Positions 1-13,805 of a DNA stretch of 64,000 bases are shown here, one piece after another. The position numbers and the translations under genes are program-made. The DNA is from Cetorhinus maximus (Eukaryota), in NCBI RefSeq assembly GCF_964194155.1, contig NC_135882.1, positions 76,570,001 through 76,634,000 of the forward strand, given 5' to 3'. Every line of letters begins with the position of its first letter. The first letter of the stretch is position 1. The notes below the pieces were generated by a model that worked only from the letters and a program-made list of their open reading frames with translations, made no database searches and had not been told where the DNA came from.

Positions 1-150
1 TGGTGAATTGCATGTTTTCATTTCAAAATATTTGCAATTCTTCAAAACTATATAAAACATTCAAAAGAAAGGTTTATACTTCAAGATGGGCAGCCTTCAG
101 TGTTTGAACTTTAAGATAGTTCATTTGAGGTAATTTCAGTTGTCAAAGTT

Positions 151-1330
151 TTTTCTTTATTCATTCATGGGATATGGACATCGCTGGCTAGGCCAGCATT
201 TATTGCCCATCCCCAGTTGCCCTTGAGAAGGTGGTGGTGAGCTGCCTTTCTTGAACCACTGCAGTCCATGTGGTGTAGGTACACCTACAGTGCTATTAGG
301 AAGGGAGCTCCAACGTTTTGACCCAGCAATAGTGAAGGAACGGCGGTATATTCCCAATTCATGATGGTGAGTGGCTTGGAGGGGAACTTCCAGGTGGTGG
401 TGTTCCCATGTGTCTGCTGCCCTTGTCCTTCGAGATGGTAGCGGTCGTGGGATTGGAAAGTGCTGTCTAAGGAGCCTTGGCAGTGCATCTTGTAGATGGT
501 ACACACTGCTGCTACTGTGTGTCAGTGGTGGAGAGAGTGAATGTTTGTGGATGGGGTGCCAATCAATGGGCTGCTTTGTCCTGGATGGTGTCAAGCTTTT
601 TGAATGTTGTTAGAGCTACACTGATTTGGGCAAGTGGTATTCCATCTCACTCCTGATTTGTGCTTTGTAAATGGTGGACAGGCTTTGGGGAGTCAGGAAA
701 TTAGTTACTTGCCACAGGATTCCTAGCCTCTGATCTGCTTTTGTAGTCACTGTATTTATGTGGCTGGTTCAGTTTCTGGCCAGTGACAATCCCTAGGATG
801 TTGATAAGAGGGAGATTCAGTGATGGTAATGCCATTGAATGTCAAGGAGTGATGGTTAGATCCTCTCTTGTTGGAGATGGTCATTGCCTGACACTTGTGT
901 GGCGTGAATGTTACTTGCCACTTGTCAGCCCAAGCCTGGATATTGTCCATGTCTTGCTGCATTTGGACATGGACTGCTTCAGTATCTGGGGAGTCGCTAA
1001 TGGTGCTGAACATTGTGCAATCATCAACGAACATCCCCACTTCTGACCTTATAATGGAAGGAAAGTCATTGATGCAGTAGCTGAAGATGGTTGGGCTAAG
1101 GACACTACCCTGAGGAACTGCTGTAGTGTTGTTCTGAAATGAGATGATTGACCTCCAACAACTGCAACCACCTTCCTTTGGGCTAGGTATGACTCCAACA
1201 AGAGGAGAGCTTTCCCCCTGATTTCCATTGACTCCAGTTTTGCTAGGGCTCTCTGATGCCACACTCGGTCAAATGCTGCCTTGATGTCAAGGTCAGTCAC
1301 TATGACCTCACCTCTGGAGTTCAATGGTGA
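151..1330 (-). mobile_element. 5'-truncated CR1-group LINE (RT region and 3' end), decayed
   Basis: Minus-strand RT motifs LDIKAAFDRVWH, PQGSVLSPTIF, GMFVDD and WADKWQVTF split over frameshifts; the 3' tail (rc ccatatcccatgaatgaataaag) recurs at about 9770-9812 and 44225-44450. Confidence 0.85.
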
Positions 1331-1899
1331 ACTATTTTGCCTTGACAGCTCTTCTCTCAAACTTCGGAATGGCATGTAGCTTCAGTGCACAAAAAGAACA
1401 TCAATAAACCTGGTTAGTTTCCTTTTAACGTTAAGGCAGCTAAGGCAGGGCAGCAATTAAATAAGATGATATTTAAAAGGGGGTAGGAGAGAGGAACTAA
1501 GCGATATCAGAGCACCTGTTAATAAAGGGTGCATCTACTCAACCTAGTGTTGAAACAAAAACCTAAAGGGAAAACAAAGATGGTACATCAGTAAGTAATG
1601 CAATCAAAAAGGAACACCAGAGATAATAAAGTAAATCTAAGAGGGCTAATAGGAAGTACATAATTGGGACCACTTCCAGAATAAAAAGGAATGCTGCAAG
1701 ATGGACCAAATGCACTTAAAGTAAATAGGAACAGCAAAACATCCGAGCAAGATTGGGGTAGCAATTGAAAATCATTTAGACTGCTATAGATAGAAGAGGA
1801 GTGTAAGGAGGTAACCAGACCCCAGATGGGATGGCTGTATGGTAAAACATATTCAGCTGGTAAGTATGCTCACAATACCATGGGAGATATACGTGTGAC

Positions 1900-4800
1900 A
1901 TTAAAGGAGGCAATTCTACATTAAGATGCTTATACATGAACGTTGGAGGCATCAGAAATATGATACTAGAACTGGACATGATTGTGATAGGGTATTCCGT
2001 TGTGAAGGCAATATCAGAAACATGGCTAAACACAGAAAATGGAAACTAATTTTAAAAAATTTCTGCAAAGAGATAAGGGTATGTGAGAACAGGAAAGTAA
2101 TTTTAATGGGAAACTTCAATCAACCAAATATAAACTGGGAAAACCCAAGTGAAATAGTCAGATTTATGATGCATGGGATATCTAGGTCAATGTGTTGCAC
2201 CTAGTGTGTGAGTGAAGAGCATTAGCATGCTTTCTGCTTTTGTGTGCCAGTTTGCTTCTCTTTCTCAGCCCACACTGCTGGCTAGCAGCAATGTGAAAAA
2301 GAGACCCAAATGTGCAAGTCTTTCCCTGTCAGTACAGAACCTGTCCATCAACAAGTCCTCAACTGTATCTCCTCATGATGACACATGGAAACTGGGTCCC
2401 TTGTGACCCCAGGCTAACACTTCAGAGGAACTCTAAGGAAGTTTGCCCCCCCCCCACCTCCACAGGCATGTGGACACGCCTTGGCACGCATGAACCAAAC
2501 TCCCAGCCATGGCTGAATAGCTCCACTGCCTTTTGGATACCTCAGGAGAGTTGATGGTTAAGGGAGTAAACCCTGACAAAAAAAATCAGGAGTGGAGTCC
2601 AAAGGTGGACTGATGTCTAAATATGTCATCGTTCCAGCAACTCCTGTAACTAAGCAGGTGCAAGGCATAGTGCTTTGTATTCCTTTGAACTCAACCGGTA
2701 GGTCGAGAGCAGGCCTTGACAATTGGGCAGCCCAGGGTTTCCATAAATTTTGCCCAGACTTGCGGCCTGGAGAGGACACTCCAGTTTCACTGCAGACTGT
2801 TAACAACACTCAGCAGTTACGAGTGATAAGCTCAACTCAATTGACAATGAGAGCGGGTGCTATGGGCTGTCTCTGATGGTGGGAGGGACCATCATGTCCC
2901 ACTGGTCAGCCACCTCTAATCTCAAGTCAGGCAGCCTCTGACCAGTAGAAGCTGACCCGCTTCAGTGGGTGCTTGGAGATTAGCATCTCTGCTCAACAAG
3001 CGAACGGAATCCATCACACCAGACAAACAAACAGAGAAAGACTATGCTAAATCTTCAATAGGCAAGTTGGAATGTCAAGACCATGTGCACAGGACTGACA
3101 GATGACTCGCAGCTGGTCAATAATGTGCACAAGTTGGCTCTGATCGACATGGAACTTGATGGGCTGAACAGTGACTTAGCTTCCCTACAATAGACCTGGC
3201 TAGCCGAGAGTGGATCACTAAAAAAAAAGTTATACCTTCATCTGGCAGGGGAAGAGTTCAGAGGAAACATGTGAGGAAAGTGTAGGCTTCACTGTAAGGA
3301 AACCGCAAAAATGATTCAGAACGCCTTTTCTCCATCCTCTTCACAGCTGAAACAGGGCCAGTTAACCACATGAATATTTATGCTCCACTTCAGAGGTGAA
3401 AGACCAGTTTTATGAGGGCCTTGACGCTCGGAATTCTTAACTCAGATACTGGGGGATTTCAACACGAGTGGGTGCCAATCATGAGGCATGGACCTCCTGC
3501 CTCAGACATCATAACCTGGGAAAAATAAATGAGAATGGACATAGACTACTTGAGCTTTGCTGCTACAATGAGCTTTGTATAACTAACGCCTTCTTTCAGA
3601 ACAAACCGTGTGACAAAATGTCCTGAAGGCTCTCACAATCAGGGCATTAGCACCAGCTAGACCTGATCATCAACAGGCTTGAATCTCTAAACAGTATTCT
3701 CAACACACATAGCCACCACAGCCCTGACTGTGATACAGACCACTCCCTGGTGGGCACTAGGGTGAGGATGCAATCTTTGAAGATTTTTCATACAACGCAG
3801 AAATGCCATCCTATCAACATCAACCATACTGCCTACCCAGATAAAAACTAATAGTTCCATGACTTGATTGAACAGGAGCTCTCCAGCATTCCCACACAGA
3901 ACGCAGAAACGAAATGGAACATACTCTGAGACACCATCTACAATACCGCACTCTCCTCATATGGGAAGCAAGAGTGGAAAATTGCTGTTGGTTCGAGGCC
4001 AACATCATTATGGTGGAACTTGAAGCAGTCTGCTCTCATTAAATACAAGAGCAATCCAAGCGAGAAGACTCTGAATGCACTAAGAACCGCTTGAAGTAGA
4101 AGTCTAACAGACTGCTAGGTAGTGCACCAATAGCTACTAGTTACAACTTTGCCTGAATATCCAGATGTCCTTTGATACAGGGAATGCTAGGGGCATGTAT
4201 GAAAGAATCAAAAAGACAACAGATCCATCAGCAAAGAAAACTGTTCCATTGAAAACAAAGGTAGGGAGGTCATCACTGACTACAATAAACAGTTGGAGAG
4301 ATAGGTGGAACACTACCTTGAGTTGTGCCCTAGGAAGAACACCGTTACTGAAGATGCTCCAGACACAATAGAAAGCCTGCCTGTCATGGCAAAGCTGGGT
4401 ATTGAACCCACAGTGGAAGAGCTTAGCAAAACTATTGACTCACTTGTCAATAGCAAAGCTCCAGGTGCTGCTGCTATTCCGTCTGACTTCATCAAGCATG
4501 GGAAGCCGGCACTCCTGTAGCATCTGCACAAACTTCTCTGTCTTTGCTGGTGGGAGGGGCAGTGCCCCAGGATATGCGTGATGGAAAGATTATGACCCTG
4601 CGCAAGAACAAGGGTAACCGTAGTAATTGCAACAACTATTGAGACATCTCCCTGCTGGGCATCGTGGGAAAAATATTTGCCTGCATTGCCTTTATCAGAT
4701 TGCAGATCTGGGCTGAATGCACCCATCCTGAATCCCAGTGTGGTTTCAGAACTGGAAGGTCTATAAGTGACATGAGACCAGTTGAGCAGAGGCAGTATAT

Positions 4801-5980
4801 TTAAGCTGCAGGAGGAAATTACTGTCACCAAAGCTGCTCAATGTGATCTCCTCTTTCCATGTCAACATGATGGGTAAGGTCAGCTATGATGGGGAAACAT
4901 CGAAACTCTTTGAGATCCACAGTGGGATCAAACAGGGTTGTGTTCTGGCACTGACACTCATGGCATATTCTTCTCTTTGCTGCTGTCATATGCCTTCTGT
5001 GTGGTGAATTGGCCACTGGGTCACGACCTCCTGGGCATCCATACCTCCACCACAAAGGCATCTGCAAGCAAGATATGAAGATTGTGGACATTGACACTGA
5101 CAGCTAGGCGATGGTTGCTGACGACTGTGACCTCCTGGAGGCTGGCCAATTGGAAGGGCATCGGAAGAGGCAAGCAGAAATGAAAAGCTCAGCTGGCTGA
5201 GGAGAGGACCCAGAGAAAACTGATGCAGGCGAATCGTGCACCTTCTCAGCCCACTCTCTTGTTCTGCAGCAAATGCGGCAAAGTCTGCCATACCAGGCTG
5301 GGGTTCCTGAGTCACACCAGGCGATGCTTAGCAAAGAGTTGACCCCCTTAACACAAAGCATCATCTTATGAGATGGATAGCTGCCACCAATATAGTGCAT
5401 TACTGCTTCATGACCCAGTGCATCCATGAAGCTTGAAACGGTGGTGCTCATCTAAATCTGGTATTTGTAAATAATCCAGGTGACAAATTGGAAGTAAAAG
5501 TCATAAGCACCCTGGGAAGCAGCAACCACAGAATGAGCAAGTTTTAGTGATTTAGAAGTAAGATATTCTACATAAAACTAATAGTGGTGTAGTCAGACCA
5601 TACCTTGAGCACTGTCTCCATTTCTGGTTGCTGAGATGTAGGAAGACATCAAGTGCTGGAGGCAGTGCAAGAAAGAGCCATGAGGCTTATCCTTGGGGTC
5701 AGGACACTTAAGTTCTGAAGAGCGACTGGAGAGACACTAGTTTGGAAACGAGGTGCCTGACAGATAATCCTACAGAAGTACATGAGATAAGTAATATAGC
5801 AAAACTTATTTAGGAATAGCACACAGTTTCAAACTAGCAATTGGGACTGATATTGGTGCAAAGAAGAGGTGATTAAAAAGAATTAAGTCTGAAATAATAG
5901 AAATGATGCAACAATCAGGGTCCGAGCGTTACTCTGGGTGGATTAATTAAGATGGCATTCCTCGTCCATAAGTATCATGA
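1900..5980 (+). mobile_element. Old CR1 LINE relic split by an RTE insertion (pieces at about 1900-2180 and 5395-5980)
   Basis: Endonuclease-like ILMGNFNQPNINW before 2180; endonuclease remainder (LNLVFVNN...TLGSSNH) after 5400; C-terminal VRPYLEHCLHFW at about 5590. Confidence 0.6.
2190..5390 (+). mobile_element. Near full-length decayed RTE-clade (BovB-like) LINE
   Basis: About 0.85 kb leader; APE endonuclease ASWNVKTM (3062) and GDFN; RT motifs NCNNY*DISLL, PESQCGFR and SGIKQGCVLA; C-terminal CSKCGKVCHTRLGFLSHTRRC (5265-5327); many stops and an internal deletion; boundaries approximate. Confidence 0.85.
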
Positions 5981-8900
5981 TAGCTGAAGAAAAGGCAGGG
6001 CGAGACATTGTTGAAGAAAAGAAAAGCTTGATTTATATCATAGCAGCTGTAACTGGCACAGTGCAGAGCTTTGTTCTTTCCTTGCACCCAGTAAGTGTAA
6101 ACACTGAGAAAACGTGCAGCTGTGGTGTTTAATATGCACTGCAGGAAATTTCAGCAGCACTGTGAAATATAGTGCATTAATGTTGAAAAGATAAACACAT
6201 TCAGAGAGCACAGGAAGGGTCTTGTGTTTTTCTGGAAGTAGAAGGCTTCCTAATGAATATAAATGCCCCTCGTTTCATGGAGCCATATGGTGGTTTTTCT
6301 AATTTTAGTTTGTTGCAGATGTATAACTGGCTTGTTGGTGGGTTTTTTTCTTCCCCATGCCCTATATGTTGGCTGCCAGAGCTGCTGACCTGAACATTTT
6401 ACTTTCAACAGCACTGTATATGCGATGTTGATTTTGCTGCCTTATCGCTGAAAGTAGATTTTGAATGGGTTTATTTTAAGGCAATTATAATCTTGTTGCA
6501 ACAGCAGTTTGGTTTGCGTAAAATGTTCCACAGTTGGTTAAGGAAGTATGATAATACCACAAGTAAGCTCATTGAGCTTGTGTGTCTTATGCTTTAAGTA
6601 CAGATCATTTTGGAGAGATGCACTTGGCTCTTGGAGGTGAACTTCAGATGTGCACTCAGCTGATGGTGGGAAGCATCAGCACAGAGATCTGCAGGGAGGC
6701 TTGAAAGAACTTACAATCATGTAAAAACAAAATCTGAAGAATAGGTGCTTTTTTTAAAAAATAAAAAGCATCTTTGGCAGATGTTAATTGGTCTGAAGAG
6801 GGTACTGTGTGTGGACTGTCTGAAAGAAATAGTGGTGCAGGACTACTTATAGACTATTACCCATGTAATTGGTTTATTTTAGGTATTATTCAGAAACCAT
6901 CTCATTGAGGCGTTACACCATTAATGTTACTCTATTGCTGTACAAACCACTGGTGTGTGCAAAAATCAACCCTTTCCTCTATATTTATGTCATGCTTTCT
7001 ACCAGTGGGAGATATTGATTGCTAAATGATTTCTTTGTCCAGCTATGTGACTGAGCTGCTTGATTTAATTGGATATAGAATATGTTTGATTTATTGCTGC
7101 ATGGACTGCTAATTATTTGTGTATGATGTGTATTTTGAGCATTTGGTTTTTGACCTATAGCTATAGAAATGGATTGAGAAATATTTAACATGAAAACTGT
7201 ACATATGTTGCTTGTTTTCAGCAGGGAGTAAAAAATATTCAAGTTCAATGTTAAAGATCTATTTATTGCATGATTTTTGCCATCATGTATTTTATTAATT
7301 GGCATAATCTGATCTGTGGGTAACCTTTTAAACTCTTCTGCCAATAACATACTGTAGAGATCGTGAGCAATTTGCATTATTTCTGGCTATGAGCTGTCTC
7401 TGTCATTCCTACTCTATAAAACCCGGGTAAAAGAGAAGTGAAGCTTTTCTAAGAGAGTAACTGGTGCATTTGTTTAACTGAATTCTATCCAACATGGTCA
7501 GCTTGCAAGCAGAGTTGATGCTGCTACTGTTAGTGTAATTATAAACAAAGTCTCTTTAGACACTGCCATAATCCCAGTGGAAAGGCACACTCAGCAGGAA
7601 GGAGTGAGCCTCCCTTCTGGCAGGCTGTTGGAAATGTCCATGTTGCATCTGCTTAGAGCCAGATTGCACCATGCACTTTGGATGAATCTTGTTTTTGCTT
7701 CATGCTGATTTCTAAGAAATTAAAATGCAGAATGGCATACACAGCAGCTGTTCAGAATGAAATTGGAAGAGGTGAAGGAGGATACTAAGGAGCAGAACAT
7801 GAGAGATGGGCATAGTTTTAGAGCATCAGACATTGGATGCTTTTAAATTATGCTCAGTCAAGCATATAGTTGGAAATTACGGAAAATATTTGGTTTGTCA
7901 TGATCTTTTCAACATTTTTATCAACTAAAATAGTCGTTCACCTTTGTAACTGACTAAAATTAAGCCTAAATGTCTCAAAGGCTATAACTAAAATTCCAGA
8001 TACAAATGATGCAACCTAATATTACTCCTTAGGCTAAAATGTTCGTCGGTAGCTCACAAATTTGGGCACAATTGTTACACTGTATTTGTATGCTTCAGTT
8101 TTATGTTGTCATTCAAGCATCAGTTTATTATTTCTCAACATGTCTTAAGAGCTTGGTTGAGAAATAAAGAATAGTTGACCTTTTATAAACGTTAAATTTC
8201 AAAAAAAAATCCTGAAAGCATTGGAACTAAAATGTGGAAAATAAAGTTGTGAAAATACTAAAATCAGAATACGGCTGTAATTTGTAAAGTACAATACAAA
8301 ATATATGCATATATGAGAATAGACGTTGTAGTTCTGCATCTAACAGTAATAATGCAATTCAGTCTGAGCAGGTTCAGACTTGGATAACAGAAGTGAAAAA
8401 AAAAGTTGCATGTATGCAGCACCTTGACATATCTCATGGTATACATAGGCTTAGTTTACTGTGAAGTGCAGTGACAATTAGACAGATGATAGAATGGTAA
8501 TCCATATTTTCTGATCCCCCAAATGTTCTTTTACATTTTGATTTTAAAAATGCCATTTTGTTTTTCATAGACATAAAATGATTTTAAATTGTGCTTTTTG
8601 TAGCTATTGTGCCTTTTGTAGCTATTAGTTTGTTGAACTTCTTTGTTGGCAAATATATTGATGATAAATATACACAGGTTTTTGTGGAGTTTTTAATTTG
8701 TAGCATCTTATGTCTTCCAACTAACCTAAATAATATTGACTATACAAAAACACCACCCCTTTCACAAGATAATGGATACCTTGCCTAATTATCCTCAACA
8801 TTAAGGTTTTCTTTTAGCGTATTCTCTTTGTATTTGTCATCTACTGTGCTTTTTCAATTGTATGAAGAGAAATTTTCCTTCACTTATTCCTTGGCCATGT

Positions 8901-9082
8901 TGTCCATCAATTTTTCCCAGTTTTGTGGAGATGGCACTCAGTATCATAGAATGGCTGCCTCCTGTGTTATAACCATTCAGCCCATTATGTCTTTGCTAGC
9001 TCTCTGCAAGATCAATTTTGCAAGTTCCACTCCCCCTCCCTTTCCCTATAGCCTTGCAGGTTTTTTTCTCTTCATGTCTGGA

Positions 9083-9812
9083 GAATAAGAGTTCAAATCC
9101 CACCAAGGCAGTTTGAGAATTTGAATTCAGTCCTAAAAATCTGAAAATAAAAAGCCGGTATCAGAGCTGGTATGAGACCGGCCTGAGATGGATGTGTGGA
9201 ATAACGAGCAAGGACAAAATCAGGAATCAGCACATCAGAGGGTCAGCGAAGATTTGGGAGCATCAAAGAAAAATAACCAAAAGATTGAAATGGTGTGGTC
9301 ATTTGTTTGTGCGGGGGAGAGAGAGGAAATGTGGTGAGGTGAGTAATGGAGATGGGACTGCCAGGAAGAGGGAGATGAGGAAGGCGTGAGACCAGATTGA
9401 AAGACGTGGCGGCGAGACACTTGAATGCAGCCGGATCGGAAGAGAAAAAGGAGGTGATGGGGAAGGGTGATCAACCAGCATTGGGGTGATGCCAAGTAAA
9501 ATGGGAGAAGCGAAGCTGAAAGAATAAAAGGCTGGTATCAGTAAAGATGACCATCAAACAACCCAACTGATACACTAATTTCTTTTTAAATGAAGAAGAT
9601 CAGATATCCTTGCTGGGTGTTGTCAGTGTCTCCAGTTCTCATCCCTCGCCCCACCCCCACCTACCCTTCTGAAGTAAGCTAACAAACCACTCAGTTGTAT
9701 CAAACTGCTTGCGACGGTCAAAGAAGAACTGTACCACCTTCGGGCAACTAAGAAAATAGGTAACAAATAAATGCTGGCCCTGCCAACAACGCCCATGTCC
9801 CAAGAATGAATC
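9083..9812 (+). repeat. SINE with CR1-group LINE-derived tail, interrupted by an RTE fragment
   Basis: B-box-like gagttcaaatccc head; body resumes at 9542; tail aataaatgctggcc...cccatgtcccaagaatgaat shared with the LINE at 151-1330; a similar body occurs inverted at 60315-60605. Confidence 0.65.
9165..9522 (+). mobile_element. 3' fragment of an RTE LINE (Rex3/Expander-like) with target-site duplication
   Basis: LRWMCGITSKDKIRNQHIRGS...RLKWCGH is a typical RTE C-terminus; flanked by 19-bp near-direct repeats at 9146-9164 and 9523-9541. Confidence 0.75.
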
Positions 9813-11157
9813 TAAGGGAGAATAAGGAAAATGTTGGAGAAAACTCCACCTCAGTGCCAGCCAAAAATGGGCCTCAGCAACTGACCACAAATGGTGGGAG
9901 CAACAGTGGCCAACAATGGAGCAGATGGCCAAGGAAGTGGACAGCAGTACTGGGGAGAGAAAAGCAATAAATGCTAATTGCATTAATGTGGAAAAGATTT
10001 ATATTGGAAAATATTGACAAAAATGTAGCACAAAAGGGACACAAGAAGGTTTTTTGACAGGAAGCTTCAGCAGACTTTTATTAACCGTTAAATATACATG
10101 TATGTATATATCTAAATACATGCACACTGTGAACTCCAGTATCAAGGGTGTTTAGTAGTGCAACTGTAACCACGCTGTAGGATGGCTTCGGTGCCTCCAC
10201 ATTGAGTCAATTTTCTTTCTAACCAATATGTACCAAGGATTGAGCAAATCTATATAAATGTCATTTCAAAAGAGTTAATTAGGAAACCTGAAAGGCTGGA
10301 TTATTTTGTTAGATGAGGGCTAATTTTGCTCATCATTTGCCAAAACATGCTTGGAGAGATGTCATGATTTAAAAAGCAGCAGTTGGCTGCAGTGAGTCCA
10401 GAAGAGGAAAGAACTGAAGACTTTATACCAAAACAGCCGACAACTGTTGAATGAGAGCTGCTGGTAGTCACGCATCTGTCCTTTTGTGGCATTCTTAATT
10501 CCATCTTTTGGGTTTCCTGCAGGCTATTAACGCTGAAGGGGCATCAATCGTTCCTAGTTCTGCAAGAGTCATGTTTATAGGAAGGACTACAGACATTTTA
10601 TATAGTATTGCTCCTTTAGGTGTGCAATTATGTTTGATTTTATTCATGCCTTCCACTTATCCTCAACGACAAGAATTCCTCCAGTAGAAAGAATCAGAAG
10701 TCTCCCAATAGTTTAAAAACTGAGGCTGCCCTGCTGCCCCATTGGCCTTGCCTTCTATCACCATAGCATAGAATATGACGAGATTCAGTTGATTTCTTTA
10801 TTCCCCTGAGAGTTAGAATTGCAATTGACTGGATGGATAATCCTTTCATTAGGCAGCTAAATGTAATTAGCAAAGTGAAACATGAGAGCTACGTAGTATT
10901 GTTTTGTAAGCTAGAAGCAGTTCTGAGCTTTGAAGAAAGGACTTGATCTAGAATTCATCAAAATCTTGTTGAAGCATTATTTATTTTATAGGAGACAATA
11001 TTAAATCACTTGGTGCTACTTTCCTGTTCTAAATCTGGTCTTCTGAAATGTATTTACACTCCCATTAAAAATCAGTGTAAAGCAGTTTCATGGTTAACTC
11101 AAAGCTTTGGCAATCCTATGGATCTACGTGTTGCAATAATTTACTTTTGTTTTGCAG

Positions 11158-11258
11158 AAAAGGCTGCTGCAAATGAAGATGCTGTGCAGAAGGCTGATGT
11201 GTCCTCTACAGGTCAAGGTGTCATTGACAAGGATGCACTTGGACCAATGATGCTTGAG
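11158..11258 (+). CDS. NCOA2: NCOA2 coding exon (post-bHLH linker into PAS-A; about human exon 5)
   Basis: tttgcAG|aa...cttgag|GTcagt; translates [34 protein letters not shown], near-identical to recalled NCOA2 sequence; 101 nt, phase 1 to 0. Confidence 0.95.
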
Positions 11259-12784
11259 GTCAGTTTAGAACCAAGAAAACTAGAAAATTGCCATTTCATT
11301 TTTATACCTCAAAAATTAAATATAAAGGTTGGAATTTCCTCACTTAACACATTTAGTTACGCCAATATTAGCACTGGAATTTATGTTGATCTTGCAACTT
11401 GCACCAAAATTTTCTAAGAACCTCATTTGCATGCAAGAATCAGCATAAACAATTGGGAGCCAAGGAACGTGTGCAACCATGCCATTTTCCATCATTAAAT
11501 CTTATGTATGAAGATTAAGGGGTAAAGTCATAAAACCATCCTTTATACATTTTGAGTAAAGTGGCCAAGAACTTCTGCTTTATGTGCAATAAGCAATCCA
11601 GGTGCAAATTGTACTCAAAATTGTGCTAATTTTCAGAAGTTTTTTTTTGTTTACTCAAGTTTTTGCTCAAATTTATTTGCATGGCACTGAATGTAAAATA
11701 TTTTATAAAACAGAGCAATCGGGCAGTGTTATTTTTTTAATGTATTAAAGATAATTTCATGATCCATTTAAAAGTGGTAATCTGGTGCAGATTTATTCAA
11801 ACAGCTGATTATGGGTCTATCACAAAAAATAAGCATTTTTAATTGCTGTCTAACCCCACTACCTGACCATTTATAAATAACTAAAAATGACTTTAAAAAC
11901 TATAAAGAATCATTTACTAGGTTCATTGGTGTACAGTAATCAGTTAAAATCTTTTTAAAAAGTGCCTATTAGTGGACTTCTGCCTTAAAAAAAATGCTTA
12001 ATTTTAATAGCCTCTGAGAGGGGCTGCAACAGGCACAAAAAGTGGAAACTCGCAGTAGTGATGAATTTGACCTGGGATCATGGCGAGGTTTGTGGGTGAG
12101 GTGGACTTCAACGCAATCTTTTTTAAACCAATGCAAAAGATTGCGGGAACTTGGTTTGCACTCGACCTAATTTGCGCTTGCAATTGCTCAATCTTTTTCA
12201 CTGATTTGGCCAATTTTGGGTCTATTGCACCCAGTGTAACCTAGTGGAAACTCCAGGTCAGCATGTTTAAGACCGTGTAATCTTGAAGTTTTTCAGTTTT
12301 TAATATAATTCATTCTGAAGCGATAGATACAGAACATACAGTGTAAGTTTCAGTGAGGAGATTTTTAAAAAATCACAAGTCACCAAAAATACAACTTTGG
12401 GCTCTGCTACACCAAAGGTTTTGCACACACATTTACATTTGTTCAGAAGCGGCATAAATGCATAAAACGCTCAATTTTTTTGGACTTATACGTGAGCGTG
12501 AAGCTATGTGGTGGAGTGTTTTGGCAGAGGTTTTACCGAATTGTCTCAAAAGATCAAAGAAAATTGGTTGTAGCATTAAAGTGGTGAACTGAACCAAATT
12601 TCCTTGATGATCTTTACTAAAAACTGTCGTGGTGGTGGTGCAGGTTGCCCGGAATTTCCGAGCCAAAGTGAGATTTCATTGTCCACAAAGCAACTTAAAA
12701 CTGTAAAATGTGTCAAACAATTAAACTATATTTCCTTTAATACAGTAAGCTAATGGCAATACTGTAACATACATATAGCAATGA

Positions 12785-13110
12785 GACATACAGAGCAGAA
12801 GACCTCAGCTTTGATTCTGAGTTTATATTGATTAAACTGATTTTTCCCAGAACAACAGTTGAGTGGGACAGCTGACCTCACAGACCTGGGATTGAAGTGT
12901 GTAACAAATGATAGAGGTTTCTGGTGACCTTTGCTGGAAAAGTGCATGTGCAGATGTTGGATGAAAATGAGATTTGGTTCAACTGTGATGACCTCCTGGT
13001 CAAATACTTTTCTGACACTGATTCCAGCCATACATATGGAAAATCATCACCTGAATAAGATACTGGAATGCTTCGGGTACTCAGCAAAAGCTGGCACTTT
13101 CTGTGGGCAA
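12785..13110 (+). repeat. Old dispersed SINE-like family (unnamed)
   Basis: Shared core gtgacc(c/t)tgctggaaa(a)gtgcatgtg and ctgagtta.ctgatctcagc; further decayed copies at about 18620-18860 (-), 26400-26600 (+), 31100-31270 (-), 32470-32590 (-), 38350-38620 (+) and 62440-62610 (-). Confidence 0.5.
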
Positions 13111-13145
13111 AGTGGGAGGAGGGAATGAAAAGTAGAAAATGGTAA

Positions 13146-13805
13146 CAATGACTTGCATCTATATAGTGCCTTTAACATCATGAAATGTCACAAATTAACA
13201 GACAAAATTTGGCACCTAGCCAAAAGCTTGGTGTAAATAAGGCGGTTTTTAAGAAGAGTCTTAGTGAGAAGTAGAAGGCTGAAGAGGTGTAAGAAGGGAA
13301 TTCCAGAGGTTAAGGCCCAGGTAACTGAAGGCATGGTTGCCAATGGTTAGCCGATTAAATCAGAAATTGCAAAAGGCCAGAATTGGAGGAATGCAGAGAT
13401 CTCTGTGTGTTGGAGGGCTGAAGAAGGTAACAGATATGTGGAGGTTGGAGGCCATGAAAACCAGGATGAGAATTGTAAATTTGAGCCATCACTGGACTCA
13501 GAGCCAATGTTCATCAGCAAGCACGTGGACAATGGGTGAACGGAATTTGGTGTGCGTTGGAATTTGGATATTAGTATTTTGGATGAGCTGAAGTTTAGAG
13601 TTTGAAAGATGGAAAGCTTGCAAGGCAGGTATTGTAATAGTTAAATCTGGAGGTAACATAAGCGTGCATGGGAGGAACAGCAGCAGATGGGCTGAGGCAG
13701 GGCTAGAGATGAGCATTGTAACAAAGGTGGAAGTTGGTGGTCTTGGTGATGGAGAGGATATGGGGTTGTAAGCTCAGCTCAGGATCAAACAGGACACCAG
13801 GGTTG
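13146..13805 (-). mobile_element. L2-clade LINE 3' fragment
   Basis: KLQLIQN...THTKFRSPIVHVLADEHWL matches the L2 ORF2 C-terminus; tail rc aaaggcactatatagatgcaagtc. Confidence 0.8.

Noticed and set aside
1-11157. Upstream bHLH-coding NCOA2 exons or a promoter
   Set aside because: No bHLH-like translation or CpG island was found; this stretch appears intronic.
11371-12260. Possible old MITE with weak inverted ends
   Set aside because: Terminal similarity is too poor and no TSD is visible.
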